Source of the DNA: an uncultured Eubacteriales bacterium
GTDB taxonomy: Bacteria; Bacillota; Clostridia; Christensenellales; Aristaeellaceae
Direction of reading: 5' to 3'
Assembly: GCA_900316415.1 (NCBI GenBank)
Contig: ONCV01000002.1
Location: 107,211-171,210, forward strand
Length of the DNA: 64,000 bases
A program made the translations under genes and the position numbers. Below the pieces are notes generated by a model, which saw only the letters and a list, made by a program, of their open reading frames with translations, was not told the DNA's origin and searched no databases. The number at the start of each line of letters is the position of its first letter. The first letter of the stretch is position 1. Positions 28,873 to 38,188 of the stretch are shown here, one piece after another.

Positions 28873-29616
28873 TTACGCCCCGGCGCCGAAAACCGTCCGG
28901 CTGACCGGACTGCGCAGAAAGGCGTTCAGATCCTCCGGAATTCCAAGGCCATGCATTTTCTCCCCCACATTGTGGAAAACGATTCGCTTTCCGTCGGCGA
29001 TCATTTCGTTATAGACCGGCGCGACGTAGAACTCTCCGTTGACCCGGATGTCCTTTTCGATCATCCGGTGGGCATACCGCACGAAGTCCCGGCCATGGGC
29101 ATAATTGTAGATGCCCACCGTGGCTTCCTCCGAAATGACCTCCTTTTCCCGGACCATCGTCACAAAGCCCTGTTCATCGAACCGGATGTAGCTCCATTTG
29201 GGATCCGAGGCAGGCATGGTCATGATCAGGCCGTCCGCGTCCCCCAGGGCCGCGTTGTAGCGGTTGATATCCGTGTCCACATACTGGTCGCTGTTGGCGA
29301 TCATCAGGGGATCCCCGCTGTCGATCCATTCTTCGGCCAGCAGGACGGTGCAGGCCGCACCCTCCGTCACCCGATCAATGGGAAGAATGACGCAGCCGGG
29401 GGCGAGGGAGGTCAGCAGCTGATCCATCCGATACTGTTCCAGCTGATCCTGCAGGCAAATGAAGATAAACCGGTGGCTGCAGGACGGAGTGATGTTCCGG
29501 ATGACATATTCGATCATGGGATGCCCGTGCACATCGATCAGGGGCTTGGGCATCCGATAGCCCGCCCGGGCAAAGCGGGAGCCCCGGCCCGCCATGGGAA
29601 TGACAATGTTCATCAT
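28873..29616 (-). CDS. Nucleotidyltransferase-fold protein (NTP_transferase, capsule-type)
   Basis: IPMAGRGSRF..GY..PKPLI, TEGAACTVL, ANSDQ, EK..IS..ATVGIY, RVNGEFYVAPVYN. Confidence 0.8.
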   Translation of the reverse strand: MMNIVIPMAGRGSRFARAGYRMPKPLIDVHGHPMIEYVIRNITPSCSHRFIFICLQDQLEQYRMDQLLTSLAPGCVILPIDRVTEGAACTVLLAEEWIDSGDPLMIANSDQYVDTDINRYNAALGDADGLIMTMPASDPKWSYIRFDEQGFVTMVREKEVISEEATVGIYNYAHGRDFVRYAHRMIEKDIRVNGEFYVAPVYNEMIADGKRIVFHNVGEKMHGLGIPEDLNAFLRSPVSRTVFGAGA

Positions 29617-30344
29617 GGCCGGCCCCGCTCCTTCAGCCGCTCCGCGTATTCATCGATTTTTTCCGGGGAATAAAAGGAATGGTACTGCTCCTTGGCAATC
29701 TCGTACCAGGCGATCCGCTTTCCCATCAGGATCAGCTCATTGATGGCGGAGGAAAGATAGTATTTTCCGTTCAGGTGATTCTGCTTCAGCAGCACCCGCT
29801 TGGCCGCCTCCACATAATCCCTGCCCTTCCGGAAATAGAAAAGCCCCGTCAGGGCGTCCCGGGACAGGGGGCGTTTCTCCGCCACCTCCACGACCCAGTC
29901 CCCGTCCTTCTTGGCGTAGCTGTACCGGGGGTGGATATCCGGAAAAAGGATAACGCCCGCGTCCGCGTTCTTCCCGGCGAAGGAATCCACCGCCAGCTGG
30001 TAATCCAGATCCATCACCTGATCCCCGTTGGAGATAATCAGGGGCTGATCGTTCTCGATGCTGCCGATGGCCATCAGGCAGGTACAGAGCGCCCCTGCCG
30101 TCTGATTCCGCAGCTGGATCACCCGGCTGTCCGGGGCGAGCACCTTCACAGACAAATCCAGGTGAAACTGCTGGCAGTCCTCCTGGGAAAACACAAAGAT
30201 GAACTGCTTTTCCGGCAGGCTTTCATAGTCCTCCACCACGCGCTCGAGGATCGTCTTTCCCCCGATTTCATACAGGGGCTTGGGGAAAAAGCTGTCCCTG
30301 AAAAAGGCGGAGGTTCCCATGGAGGGAATCAGGATATTGATCAT
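29613..30344 (-). CDS. Second nucleotidyltransferase-fold paralogue with degenerate N-terminal motif
   Basis: IPSMGTSAFF..FPKPL, TAGALCTCL, NGDQ, EKRPLS, NGKYY. Confidence 0.75.
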   Translation of the reverse strand: MINILIPSMGTSAFFRDSFFPKPLYEIGGKTILERVVEDYESLPEKQFIFVFSQEDCQQFHLDLSVKVLAPDSRVIQLRNQTAGALCTCLMAIGSIENDQPLIISNGDQVMDLDYQLAVDSFAGKNADAGVILFPDIHPRYSYAKKDGDWVVEVAEKRPLSRDALTGLFYFRKGRDYVEAAKRVLLKQNHLNGKYYLSSAINELILMGKRIAWYEIAKEQYHSFYSPEKIDEYAERLKERGRP

Positions 30345-30997
30345 GGCCGGCCCTCCCCGATCTTCCGCATAATGTTCTCATAATTGACATCGTAGACGCT
30401 GGCAACCTCCAGCACCGCGGCGCCGCTGGCCTTCCCGGCCTGAATGCCCTTGGGATTGTCCTCCACGACCAGGCATTCCTCCGGCCGGAGGCCGAACCGT
30501 TCCATCGCGGTCAGATACATCTCCGGGTCGGGCTTGGCCTTCCGGACATCCTCATTGGAGACGATCAGATCCACGTATTCCATCAGGCTCGCCTTCTCCA
30601 TCATCAGCTCGATCGTGGAGCGGATGGAATTGGAGCAGACCGCGATCCGGTATCCCTCCTGCTTCAGCCGGGAAAGGGCATACTCATGGTGGAACAGGGG
30701 ATGGCACCTCTGGTGAATCAGCTCGGCGGTATACATCTGCTTGAGCTGATTGATGAAGCTGTGCAGCTCCGTGGGCAGGAACTGCCCCTCGCTCAGCATC
30801 TGAAGCTTGACCCGGGTCGGAAGCCCGTCAAAGGTGTGCAGATGATCGTACCGGCTGATTTCCACGCCGAAGAGGCCGAGGGCCTTGTTCAGCGCCTCGT
30901 AATGCCAGTCCTTCGCGTCGATCAGCACCCCGTCCATATCAAAAAGGATCGCCCGGATCCGGCTGCCCGGGCTGAATGATGCTTCCTGTTCGCGCAT
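30341..30997 (-). CDS. HAD family phosphatase (beta-PGM-like)
   Basis: FDMDGVL, CSNS, KPDPE, VEDN..G; start trimmed to the ATG after the GAAGGAG RBS. Confidence 0.88.
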   Translation of the reverse strand: MREQEASFSPGSRIRAILFDMDGVLIDAKDWHYEALNKALGLFGVEISRYDHLHTFDGLPTRVKLQMLSEGQFLPTELHSFINQLKQMYTAELIHQRCHPLFHHEYALSRLKQEGYRIAVCSNSIRSTIELMMEKASLMEYVDLIVSNEDVRKAKPDPEMYLTAMERFGLRPEECLVVEDNPKGIQAGKASGAAVLEVASVYDVNYENIMRKIGEGRP

Positions 30998-31052
30998 TTT
31001 CTGCTCCTTCTGTCCCTCCCGCCGGGAGGGGGCGGAATCAAATTCCCGCAAA

Positions 31053-31081
31053 AGTATACCATAACCCCGGAGCCGGAGCAA
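31053..31081 (-). promoter_or_regulatory. sigmaA-type promoter with extended -10
   Basis: TTGCTC-17nt-TATACT with TG upstream of the -10. Confidence 0.65.
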
Positions 31082-31091
31082 GGTTTCCCCC

Positions 31092-32420
31092 TTACTTCAG
31101 CGCGTCCTGACGGATGGTCTCGCAGATCTTCCGCGTCGCGCCGAAGCCCTCCGCCTCCTGATGCTTCCGGGCGCATTCCGCCCGGATTTCCTTCAGGGCG
31201 TCCCTTCCCGCGTACAGCTCGTCCAGCGTCTTCTCCACCTCTTCCCAGGTGTTCAGCCAGTACATGCCCGGCTTCAGCCGCTCCACGAAGCAGTCGTTCA
31301 CGCCGTTGCTCGCGCAGTAGACAATGGGGTGTCCGGTATAATAATAATCGATCATCATGGAGGAGGAATCGGAGATCAGCACATCCGAGGAGAACATCTG
31401 GGGATAGAAATCGCGGCTTTCATCGATCTGGAAATCCCCCCGGCTGAATTCCTCCCGGACCTGCTTCTCCCCTTCCTCGGTCAGTTCCCCGGTGCTGCGC
31501 CATTCCCGGAAGGCCTGGGGATGGGGACGGAACATGAGCTCCACGCCCTCGTGGGCCCTGCACCAGGCCATCAGGGGCTCCCGGTAGGTAAAGAAATGGC
31601 AGTTGCCCTCCCCGGTGGTCCAGCGGGGGGTCCAGAGAATCTTGAAGCTCTTTTCATGATGCCACAGGGTGCATTTCCCCGCCAGGTTTTCGCCCAGGCG
31701 CTCCAGCCGGGGATGCCCGGTCACCCGGATCTGGCAGACGTTCGGCCCGCCCTTCTCCAGCCGGCCCTCCACGAATTTCCGGTCGTCCTCGTTCTGGGCA
31801 AAATAGAAGGACAGATCCCGCATGAAGTCCACCGGCGTGCACTGCTCCGCCCGGGGCTCCAGATCCACCATCACGTAGTAGGTCAGATAGCAGATCTTTG
31901 CGTACCGGGCGACGGCACTGCTCAGCAGGCAGTCCGGCCGGGCGATGTTGTAGGGCTGCTGATAGAACACATAGTCCGGCTCCAAAGTGCGCAGATCCAG
32001 CCATTTTCCGGTATTATAGTCATATCCGTGAACGCAGTTTTCCCCGGCCCAGAATTCCTCCGCCCCTTCGCTCTCAAAATGCTCGTGAAAATAGCCCCAG
32101 CCCCGGATCTTGTTTCTCTGGGGGACGGCCAGGATCCGCACCCGGAAGAGCGGATCCGCCTTCAGGGTTTCGTAGACGTCCTTCAGCGTCGTCCAGAGGG
32201 GCGGCCGGTGGCAGATGAAAACCACGTTCACCTTTTCCCCCGCCGCCTTTTTCCGGGCCAGCCGCGCGTCAATTTCCTCCTTCGCCTTCCGCATCCGTTT
32301 CTCATCCCGTTTCCAGCGAAGCTTCAGCAGTCCGGCCTTTCGCAGCGTCTCCCAGACATAGGGAACCCGAATCACCCTGTCCACAATATTCATTCCAGGA
32401 AATGCCTCCTCCTTCTCCAT
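31092..32420 (-). CDS. CDP-glycerol glycerophosphotransferase (TagB/TagF) family protein
   Basis: YQQPY, TGHPR, ILWTPRW, FRPHP, SDVLISD.SS. Confidence 0.75.
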   Translation of the reverse strand: MEKEEAFPGMNIVDRVIRVPYVWETLRKAGLLKLRWKRDEKRMRKAKEEIDARLARKKAAGEKVNVVFICHRPPLWTTLKDVYETLKADPLFRVRILAVPQRNKIRGWGYFHEHFESEGAEEFWAGENCVHGYDYNTGKWLDLRTLEPDYVFYQQPYNIARPDCLLSSAVARYAKICYLTYYVMVDLEPRAEQCTPVDFMRDLSFYFAQNEDDRKFVEGRLEKGGPNVCQIRVTGHPRLERLGENLAGKCTLWHHEKSFKILWTPRWTTGEGNCHFFTYREPLMAWCRAHEGVELMFRPHPQAFREWRSTGELTEEGEKQVREEFSRGDFQIDESRDFYPQMFSSDVLISDSSSMMIDYYYTGHPIVYCASNGVNDCFVERLKPGMYWLNTWEEVEKTLDELYAGRDALKEIRAECARKHQEAEGFGATRKICETIRQDALK

Positions 32421-32450
32421 CCTTCCGTCCCGGAACCGTTCCGGCGGGAT

Positions 32451-34403
32451 TCAGCCCTTCCGCTCCTCTCCGGCTTCGCTTCTTTCCCGCAGGATCATCA
32501 GCATGCACGCCATCGCCGGCAGGAAGGACGTGATGGGCAGCATGTAGCGGCCGTAATTGCCGTTGGAAGGCCCCACAAACTGCACCCCCAGCGTCAGGAT
32601 CGGAACCACGCACAGGGCAAGCAGGACACCTTTTCCTTTCCCCCGGCGTCCCAGCGCCCAGCAAAGCAGCACAATCAAGCCCCATGTATACAGTCCCGCC
32701 GTCATCATGGCGCCGAGGACGGGAACCTGAAAGAGCCCGGCCTCCACGATGGAGTCACTGATCAGGCGGCCGCGCAGGTTCCAGTCCGGCAGGGAAAAGC
32801 TTTTCCCCAGCGGCGCGATCTTCGCGTTCGCCAGGGAACACGCGCGGTCCGACCAGCCATAGCTGTAATAGTTCATCTTCTCCTCCGCGGGATAGAGGAA
32901 CTGGTAATAATTCCCGTAGGTGGCCTGCGCCGCGGAATCCGGATAGCGGATCGCCAATGCGGCCCAGGCGCGGAAGAAGGCGGCCCGGTCTGCGCCGGAC
33001 GCCCCGTTCCGGTAGAGGCTCTTCACCGGGTCCGACTCATTCATGTCGTAGCTGTCCGCGAGCGCGTCATACTCCAGCACCCCGTCGATCGCTGCCCGCT
33101 CATCCTCCGTGATTCCTTCCGGATGCTCCCGGGCGATCCGCGCCGTCTGCTGAAAGGGCACGGACAGCGCCTCCCGGGTGCTCCCGGGGGTGAACCCCAG
33201 CGCCGGATACAGGCCCCGGTAGATCCCCGCGGAAAGGATCACCGACGCCAGCGTCAGGCACAGCACCCGCTTCCGGTTCTTCCGATCCGCCCAGGCAATC
33301 AGCAGCCCCGCAATCAGCAGCACGTACCGGCCCTCGTTCCGCAGCAGAATCATGCCGACCGCCGCCAGCCCGCAGGCGATCAGGGACTTCCGCTCTGCTC
33401 CCTCCGTACGGATTCGGAAGATCCCGCCCATCAGGAACAGGAAGCAGGCGGCGTAGCATCCGTCCTTGGTCACCAGCATCAGCAGGTTATGCTGCTGGGG
33501 CTGGAAAAAGGCGTAGAGCGTCAGAAAAGCCAGCACTCCCGATGCCGCCCGCGTCCGGGCCAGGGAGGAAATCACCCAGGCGCAGGCGGACAGCATCAGC
33601 GCCGCCTGCCCCAGGGTGAACAGAAAGAGTCCCGCGTTCAGGGAATGGAAAACCGAATCACCCAGCAGCAGGAAGGCATGCAGGCACAGGGTGTACAGAA
33701 CGGAGTGATGCTGGTTGATGAATATGCCCGGTCGCATCACGGTGTCCGCGGTCAGGTATTCCACGCCGGAATCCTGCAGTTCGCCGTAGGCCTGGACGAT
33801 GACGGACCAGGTATCCCCCATGAACATGCCCGGGAAGGAGATCAGCATGCGCGGGATATACAGGACGCACAGCGTCAGAAAGGGCGTCAGAAAGGAATGC
33901 TCCCGAAACATCCGGCCATACCGGCGCAGGGGATGCAGCCCCTTCGGGCTTTCCAGCTTTCCCCGCGCTTCCGTCTCCGGCCGGGTGATCCGCAGCGTGT
34001 CCAGATAATGATACGCGATTTTCAGCCCGCAGTGGAAAACCACCGTCCAGGAGGCGACGGTCAGCGCCGTTTTCAGAAGCTGCCCGTCTCCCAGCCCTCC
34101 CAGCATGCTCCAGCTTCCCTCCCGGGAAAAGGCGTATCCGAGGGCCATGTTCAGGGCGAAAAAGACGGCGGGCACCCGGATCGCCCAGGGCCGTACCGCG
34201 GTCCCGGCCCGGTCCGCCTGCCGCAGAAGCAGGTAAACCCCGGGAAGGATCAGCGTCCGGGAAAGCTCCATGCCCCGGAAGGAGCCGATCAGGTTCAGCG
34301 TGATCTGATGCAGCCCCGTGCTTTCGCCGTGGCTGGCCAGATCCAGGCTCAGCCCCGCATAAACCAGGAGGGCCGTCAGCATCCATTTGACCTGTTTTTT
34401 CAT
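32451..34403 (-). CDS. DUF6020-like polytopic membrane protein (putative GT-C)
   Basis: FPG.FMGDT..Q..NQHHSVLYT, TKD, LRNEG, EALSVPFQQTAR, RYMLP. Confidence 0.72.
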   Translation of the reverse strand: MKKQVKWMLTALLVYAGLSLDLASHGESTGLHQITLNLIGSFRGMELSRTLILPGVYLLLRQADRAGTAVRPWAIRVPAVFFALNMALGYAFSREGSWSMLGGLGDGQLLKTALTVASWTVVFHCGLKIAYHYLDTLRITRPETEARGKLESPKGLHPLRRYGRMFREHSFLTPFLTLCVLYIPRMLISFPGMFMGDTWSVIVQAYGELQDSGVEYLTADTVMRPGIFINQHHSVLYTLCLHAFLLLGDSVFHSLNAGLFLFTLGQAALMLSACAWVISSLARTRAASGVLAFLTLYAFFQPQQHNLLMLVTKDGCYAACFLFLMGGIFRIRTEGAERKSLIACGLAAVGMILLRNEGRYVLLIAGLLIAWADRKNRKRVLCLTLASVILSAGIYRGLYPALGFTPGSTREALSVPFQQTARIAREHPEGITEDERAAIDGVLEYDALADSYDMNESDPVKSLYRNGASGADRAAFFRAWAALAIRYPDSAAQATYGNYYQFLYPAEEKMNYYSYGWSDRACSLANAKIAPLGKSFSLPDWNLRGRLISDSIVEAGLFQVPVLGAMMTAGLYTWGLIVLLCWALGRRGKGKGVLLALCVVPILTLGVQFVGPSNGNYGRYMLPITSFLPAMACMLMILRERSEAGEERKG

Positions 34404-34418
34404 CCTGTCCGCCGCTCC

Positions 34419-36272
34419 TTATCGATAGACTTCAATGCAGGTATTGATCACCCCGGAGAAGGCCGCAAACAGCATGAAGGCGAAGAGAAGCCCGTTGTAC
34501 AGCGCGGGGTTCACCCGGTTCCGGGTCCGGTTGGAGCCCATCAGCGACATCGCCGGATAGATGAAGGGAATCAGGTACCTCCCCTGCACCCCGTCAAAGG
34601 ATTCGCTGCCCACCTCCGAGAACCAGACGTACATGGAGGTCATCATCAGCAGCAGCGTTCCGAACAGGATCCCCTGCCCCAGCGCCCGAACCCCCGCCGG
34701 GGGAAGCAGGCCCTCCTCCGACTGGTCCGTAAACGCGGCGACAGCCAGAATCATCATGATCAGGGTCATGCTGGTTCCGGCACCCATATATCCGAAGGAG
34801 CTCAGGGCCTCCCATTTGTCATTGAAATCCAGGTACTCCTCCAGATTGTGCCAGAGGATGAGGGCATAATCCAGCGGATGGCTCAGGATGAACTGCACCT
34901 GACCGAAGGTGTTCACATCCCCCACCGCCCGGTCGTCCCCCTGTCCGCCGCTCCGGCTCATGGGCACGAGGATATAGAGCATGACCAGCACCACCGCCGC
35001 CAGGATCAGCAGCGTATAGTTCCGGCGGTGCTTCCGATCCCGGAACTTGCTTTTCGGAAGGAAGAGAAAGATCAGCAGAATCGGAAAATAAATCGCCTTC
35101 GCGTAGCAGGCGGTCAGCATGCCGGCCAGCATCACGGCCACATCGCTGTTCTTCAGCTTCCGGTCCCGCTCCTGCCACTGCGCCACCCAGTAGCTGAAGC
35201 TGAGTGCGATTCCGATAATGACCCCGGGATCGTAGCTGTAATTCGCCGCCAGAAAGACGCTGCTGGGCGTCATCAGCGCCAGGGCCAGGATCATCTTTCC
35301 GCTCCGGAGCCGGCGGATGGCAAAAAAGCCGATCAGCGCATAGGCCGCCAGCCCGGTGAACCGGCCCAGACTCCAGATATCCCAGAAGCGCAGGCCGAGC
35401 ACCCGGCCAAGGAAGAGCCCCAGCCCCTGCGTGCCCATCCAGTATTCCTTGGGATCCATATGAAAGCCCGTGGTGGCAAAAACGGCTCCCCGGGCGTATT
35501 TCTCATCCTGTTCCGCCAGGAAGGCGTCCCGGAGCTCCAGATGGTTCTCCCGGCGGTTGTATTCCTGCATGGAATCCCATTCCGCGCCGGTGAACCGGAC
35601 ATGGCCCAGGGTGGAATAGTTCATGGCATGCTGAAAATGGAACCCGTCGTCGAGAGCCACCCGGCTCGCGTCCGGCAGATACCAGGCCATGATTCCGCCG
35701 TAAAGCAGCACCAGGATCAGGAAAAACACCTCCGGCTTTTTCCCCAGGGTGCGCCGGAAGGTGACCAGACTTCCTGCGCAGATCCCGATCACCGCGCAGA
35801 CGGTCCGGGTAATGTAATTGTCCCGCTGATAGGCGTCCCAGATCCAGGCCTTGCTGAGAAAGAAGGCCACCGTTCCCGTCAGCGCAAAGCAGCCCAGCAG
35901 CTTCAGATTCCGGGCTTTCTCCTCCGTAAGCACCCGCTTCAGGCGCCGCAGGCCATCCCCCGCATGGGCGATCAGCCGCTTTCCGAGCCCCAGGGGAAAC
36001 AGGATTGTCAGCACGGCCATTTGCAGCACGAATTCCACCAGGAACCGCGGTCCGTTCCATTCCTCCCGCAGCGCCGGCCGGCCGGAGGAATGAAGATAGG
36101 TCTCCCCCCGTTCCGTCAGCGTCGGGTCGGAGGGAATCTCCACCTCCATATCCGTAAAGATGGGCGGAAGCGTTTTCTGCAGAACCAGCTCCAGCGCCGC
36201 AGCCAGCGCCAGCGCGGCCAGCACCAGCGCCAGCGCCCGAAGCATGTATTTTTTTTGAAGGTATTTTTTCAT
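34419..36272 (-). CDS. DUF2142-like polytopic membrane protein (putative GT-C)
   Basis: LDDGFH, GRF.GL..Y, YSYD, KAIY, GVQGRYLIP. Confidence 0.75.
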   Translation of the reverse strand: MKKYLQKKYMLRALALVLAALALAAALELVLQKTLPPIFTDMEVEIPSDPTLTERGETYLHSSGRPALREEWNGPRFLVEFVLQMAVLTILFPLGLGKRLIAHAGDGLRRLKRVLTEEKARNLKLLGCFALTGTVAFFLSKAWIWDAYQRDNYITRTVCAVIGICAGSLVTFRRTLGKKPEVFFLILVLLYGGIMAWYLPDASRVALDDGFHFQHAMNYSTLGHVRFTGAEWDSMQEYNRRENHLELRDAFLAEQDEKYARGAVFATTGFHMDPKEYWMGTQGLGLFLGRVLGLRFWDIWSLGRFTGLAAYALIGFFAIRRLRSGKMILALALMTPSSVFLAANYSYDPGVIIGIALSFSYWVAQWQERDRKLKNSDVAVMLAGMLTACYAKAIYFPILLIFLFLPKSKFRDRKHRRNYTLLILAAVVLVMLYILVPMSRSGGQGDDRAVGDVNTFGQVQFILSHPLDYALILWHNLEEYLDFNDKWEALSSFGYMGAGTSMTLIMMILAVAAFTDQSEEGLLPPAGVRALGQGILFGTLLLMMTSMYVWFSEVGSESFDGVQGRYLIPFIYPAMSLMGSNRTRNRVNPALYNGLLFAFMLFAAFSGVINTCIEVYR

Positions 36273-36343
36273 TCTCTCGCTCCAAATCCTTCCGGAAAGC
36301 GGTTCCGCCGCTTTCCCGCGGGGCTCCTGCCCGGCACCGCTTC

Positions 36344-36372
36344 ATTATACGGGTTCCCCCGGACAAATGCAA
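36344..36372 (-). promoter_or_regulatory. sigmaA-type promoter
   Basis: TTGCAT-17nt-TATAAT on the minus strand. Confidence 0.78.
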
Positions 36373-36390
36373 GCCGGGCCGGGAAGACCC

Positions 36391-38145
36391 TTATTCCGCC
36401 GTGCCCAGGTGGGCGTGAAGCATCGGGAGAGAGGTTTCATACCGGCCGTTCAGGTAGGCCCGGATCATTTCCACATAATAGTCAAAAAAGCCCTCCGGGC
36501 TGCCGAAAACGTCGACCGCCCAGTCCGGGCCGTTCCGCGCCACCTGCGCCGCCATCAGGGGACGGTAGCGCGCGGCGATCCGGTCCAGAACCGGCTGGAA
36601 ATGCTCCGGCGCGAAAACGTTCTCCCGCAGTTCCTCAAACCGGCGGACGAATCGGACCCGGAAATCCCCGTTCCGCACGAGCCGCTGAAACAGGCCGGTA
36701 AAACCCTCCGCCGGACGCTCCAGAACGATGCCCAGCGTGTCCTCATCAAAACCCGGATCCTCGCCCATCATCCGATACAGGCCCATGGAATATTCGGTAT
36801 CGTACAGCAGAAAGCGCCACCGGCAGTCCCCGTACTCGTTTCCCTCCTCCGGGAGCCGGCTGCGCCAGATGCGCCAGTTGTTTTCTCCCTCATCGCCGAA
36901 GATGCCGTCATTGTTGTCCGTATAGAGATTGACGATGGCATAATCGATAAAGCTGTCCAGATCCAGCATCTGGCCGATCCGCTCATAGCTTTCCGGATCC
37001 GTCAGATCCGCTTTGCCCGCCTCCATCAGCTCGTCGTAAAGCGCCAGATCCTCCGGCCAGCCTTCCTCCAGCTCGCCGGTCTTGATCATCACCACGTTCT
37101 TTTTGGGGATGTCATAATTGTCGGCAAGGTAGTCGTCGCAGTAATCCTCCGTGATCGCGTACAGCCCCCAGTATTCCCCGTCCAGATACACCTCACAGGG
37201 CTCGGAGGCCTGGGTGGAAAAGCGGCAGGAACGGACCAGCTCCTGCAGGAAGGGATCCCGCAGCATGCTGCTCTGATTGTCATTTCCCCCGTTGCGCAGG
37301 GTAAAGCTCTTCATTTTTTCCAGCGGCGCTCCGTCCCGCTCCCGCACCAGGCCGTCGATCAGCGCGCCGTCCACGTTCTTCCCGCCGTATTCCTTGCGCG
37401 CGGTCAGGCGGAAGCTCTTCTGATAGTAACTGCGGGTCGCGGTTCCCATGAGACGCAGCCCGAGGTCCTGGGAAAGCAGCAGCTTTCCGTCCGGGTCGAT
37501 GACGTCCAGATGCGCAGGCCGCTCCCATTCCCGCCCGCGCTGGGCATAATTGGCGGGAAGCTCCCAGGTCGGCGTCTGATCCGCGTCGGGCGTCCTCTCC
37601 CGCCATTCCCGGTAAGTCCGTCCCAGGACATAGATCCCCTCTTCCGGATCAAAGAGTGCCTCCGGGTTCAGCAGTACGGACACCGTCCTGACCCCGGTTT
37701 CCGGCAGGCCCACCAGATAGCTCGCGGAGGCGACCTCCCCCCGGCGGCCCTTTCCGTCAAAGCAGGCCGCCCGGATCACCTGGCATTTCCGGACATTCCC
37801 CGGCCGGTATTTCGAGTCCGGCGAGAACAGCGCTGGATCCACGGCGGCCAGCACATTGGGCTCCTCCGTGCGGTTTTCCATCGGGATCGGCTCCCGGTAT
37901 TCCGGGGAGGCATCCGTCGGCAGGCTGCCGTCCGTTGTGTAATGGATGTGCAGTCCTTCCCCGCCTCCGCTGATTTCCAGTGAAAACGCTTCCGGGTACG
38001 CCCCGGAGGGCCTGCTGAACACTGGAACCGGAAACTCCGGGATCACCAGGTATTCGCTGAACACCGGACAGGCTTCCTCCGCGGACCCGCCCGCCAGAAG
38101 AAGGCAGAGCAGAAGACAGATCAACCCTCTTCCCCGTTTGCGCAT
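36391..38145 (-). CDS. Exported CotH kinase family protein with N-terminal chitobiase-C/Fn3-like module
   Basis: Signal peptide; FS.PSG.Y..IHYTTDGS.P; GREWERP, G..TRS..QKSF, LRNGGND, NGEY.GLY-like LDGEYWGLY, NNWR.WR, WRFLLYDTE. Confidence 0.82.
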   Translation of the reverse strand: MRKRGRGLICLLLCLLLAGGSAEEACPVFSEYLVIPEFPVPVFSRPSGAYPEAFSLEISGGGEGLHIHYTTDGSLPTDASPEYREPIPMENRTEEPNVLAAVDPALFSPDSKYRPGNVRKCQVIRAACFDGKGRRGEVASASYLVGLPETGVRTVSVLLNPEALFDPEEGIYVLGRTYREWRERTPDADQTPTWELPANYAQRGREWERPAHLDVIDPDGKLLLSQDLGLRLMGTATRSYYQKSFRLTARKEYGGKNVDGALIDGLVRERDGAPLEKMKSFTLRNGGNDNQSSMLRDPFLQELVRSCRFSTQASEPCEVYLDGEYWGLYAITEDYCDDYLADNYDIPKKNVVMIKTGELEEGWPEDLALYDELMEAGKADLTDPESYERIGQMLDLDSFIDYAIVNLYTDNNDGIFGDEGENNWRIWRSRLPEEGNEYGDCRWRFLLYDTEYSMGLYRMMGEDPGFDEDTLGIVLERPAEGFTGLFQRLVRNGDFRVRFVRRFEELRENVFAPEHFQPVLDRIAARYRPLMAAQVARNGPDWAVDVFGSPEGFFDYYVEMIRAYLNGRYETSLPMLHAHLGTAE

Positions 38146-38188
38146 CCGACGTTTCTCCTTTCCCGATCCGCTTTCTCCGGTGGATTCC

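Noticed and set aside
31161-36701. Very long plus-strand ORFs (1846 aa here; also 6254-9973, 9936-12662, 37946-40552, 41308-43422 and others)
   Set aside because: They lie antisense to well-supported minus-strand genes, have no recognisable motifs or RBS, and are the expected shadow ORFs of GC-rich codon usage.
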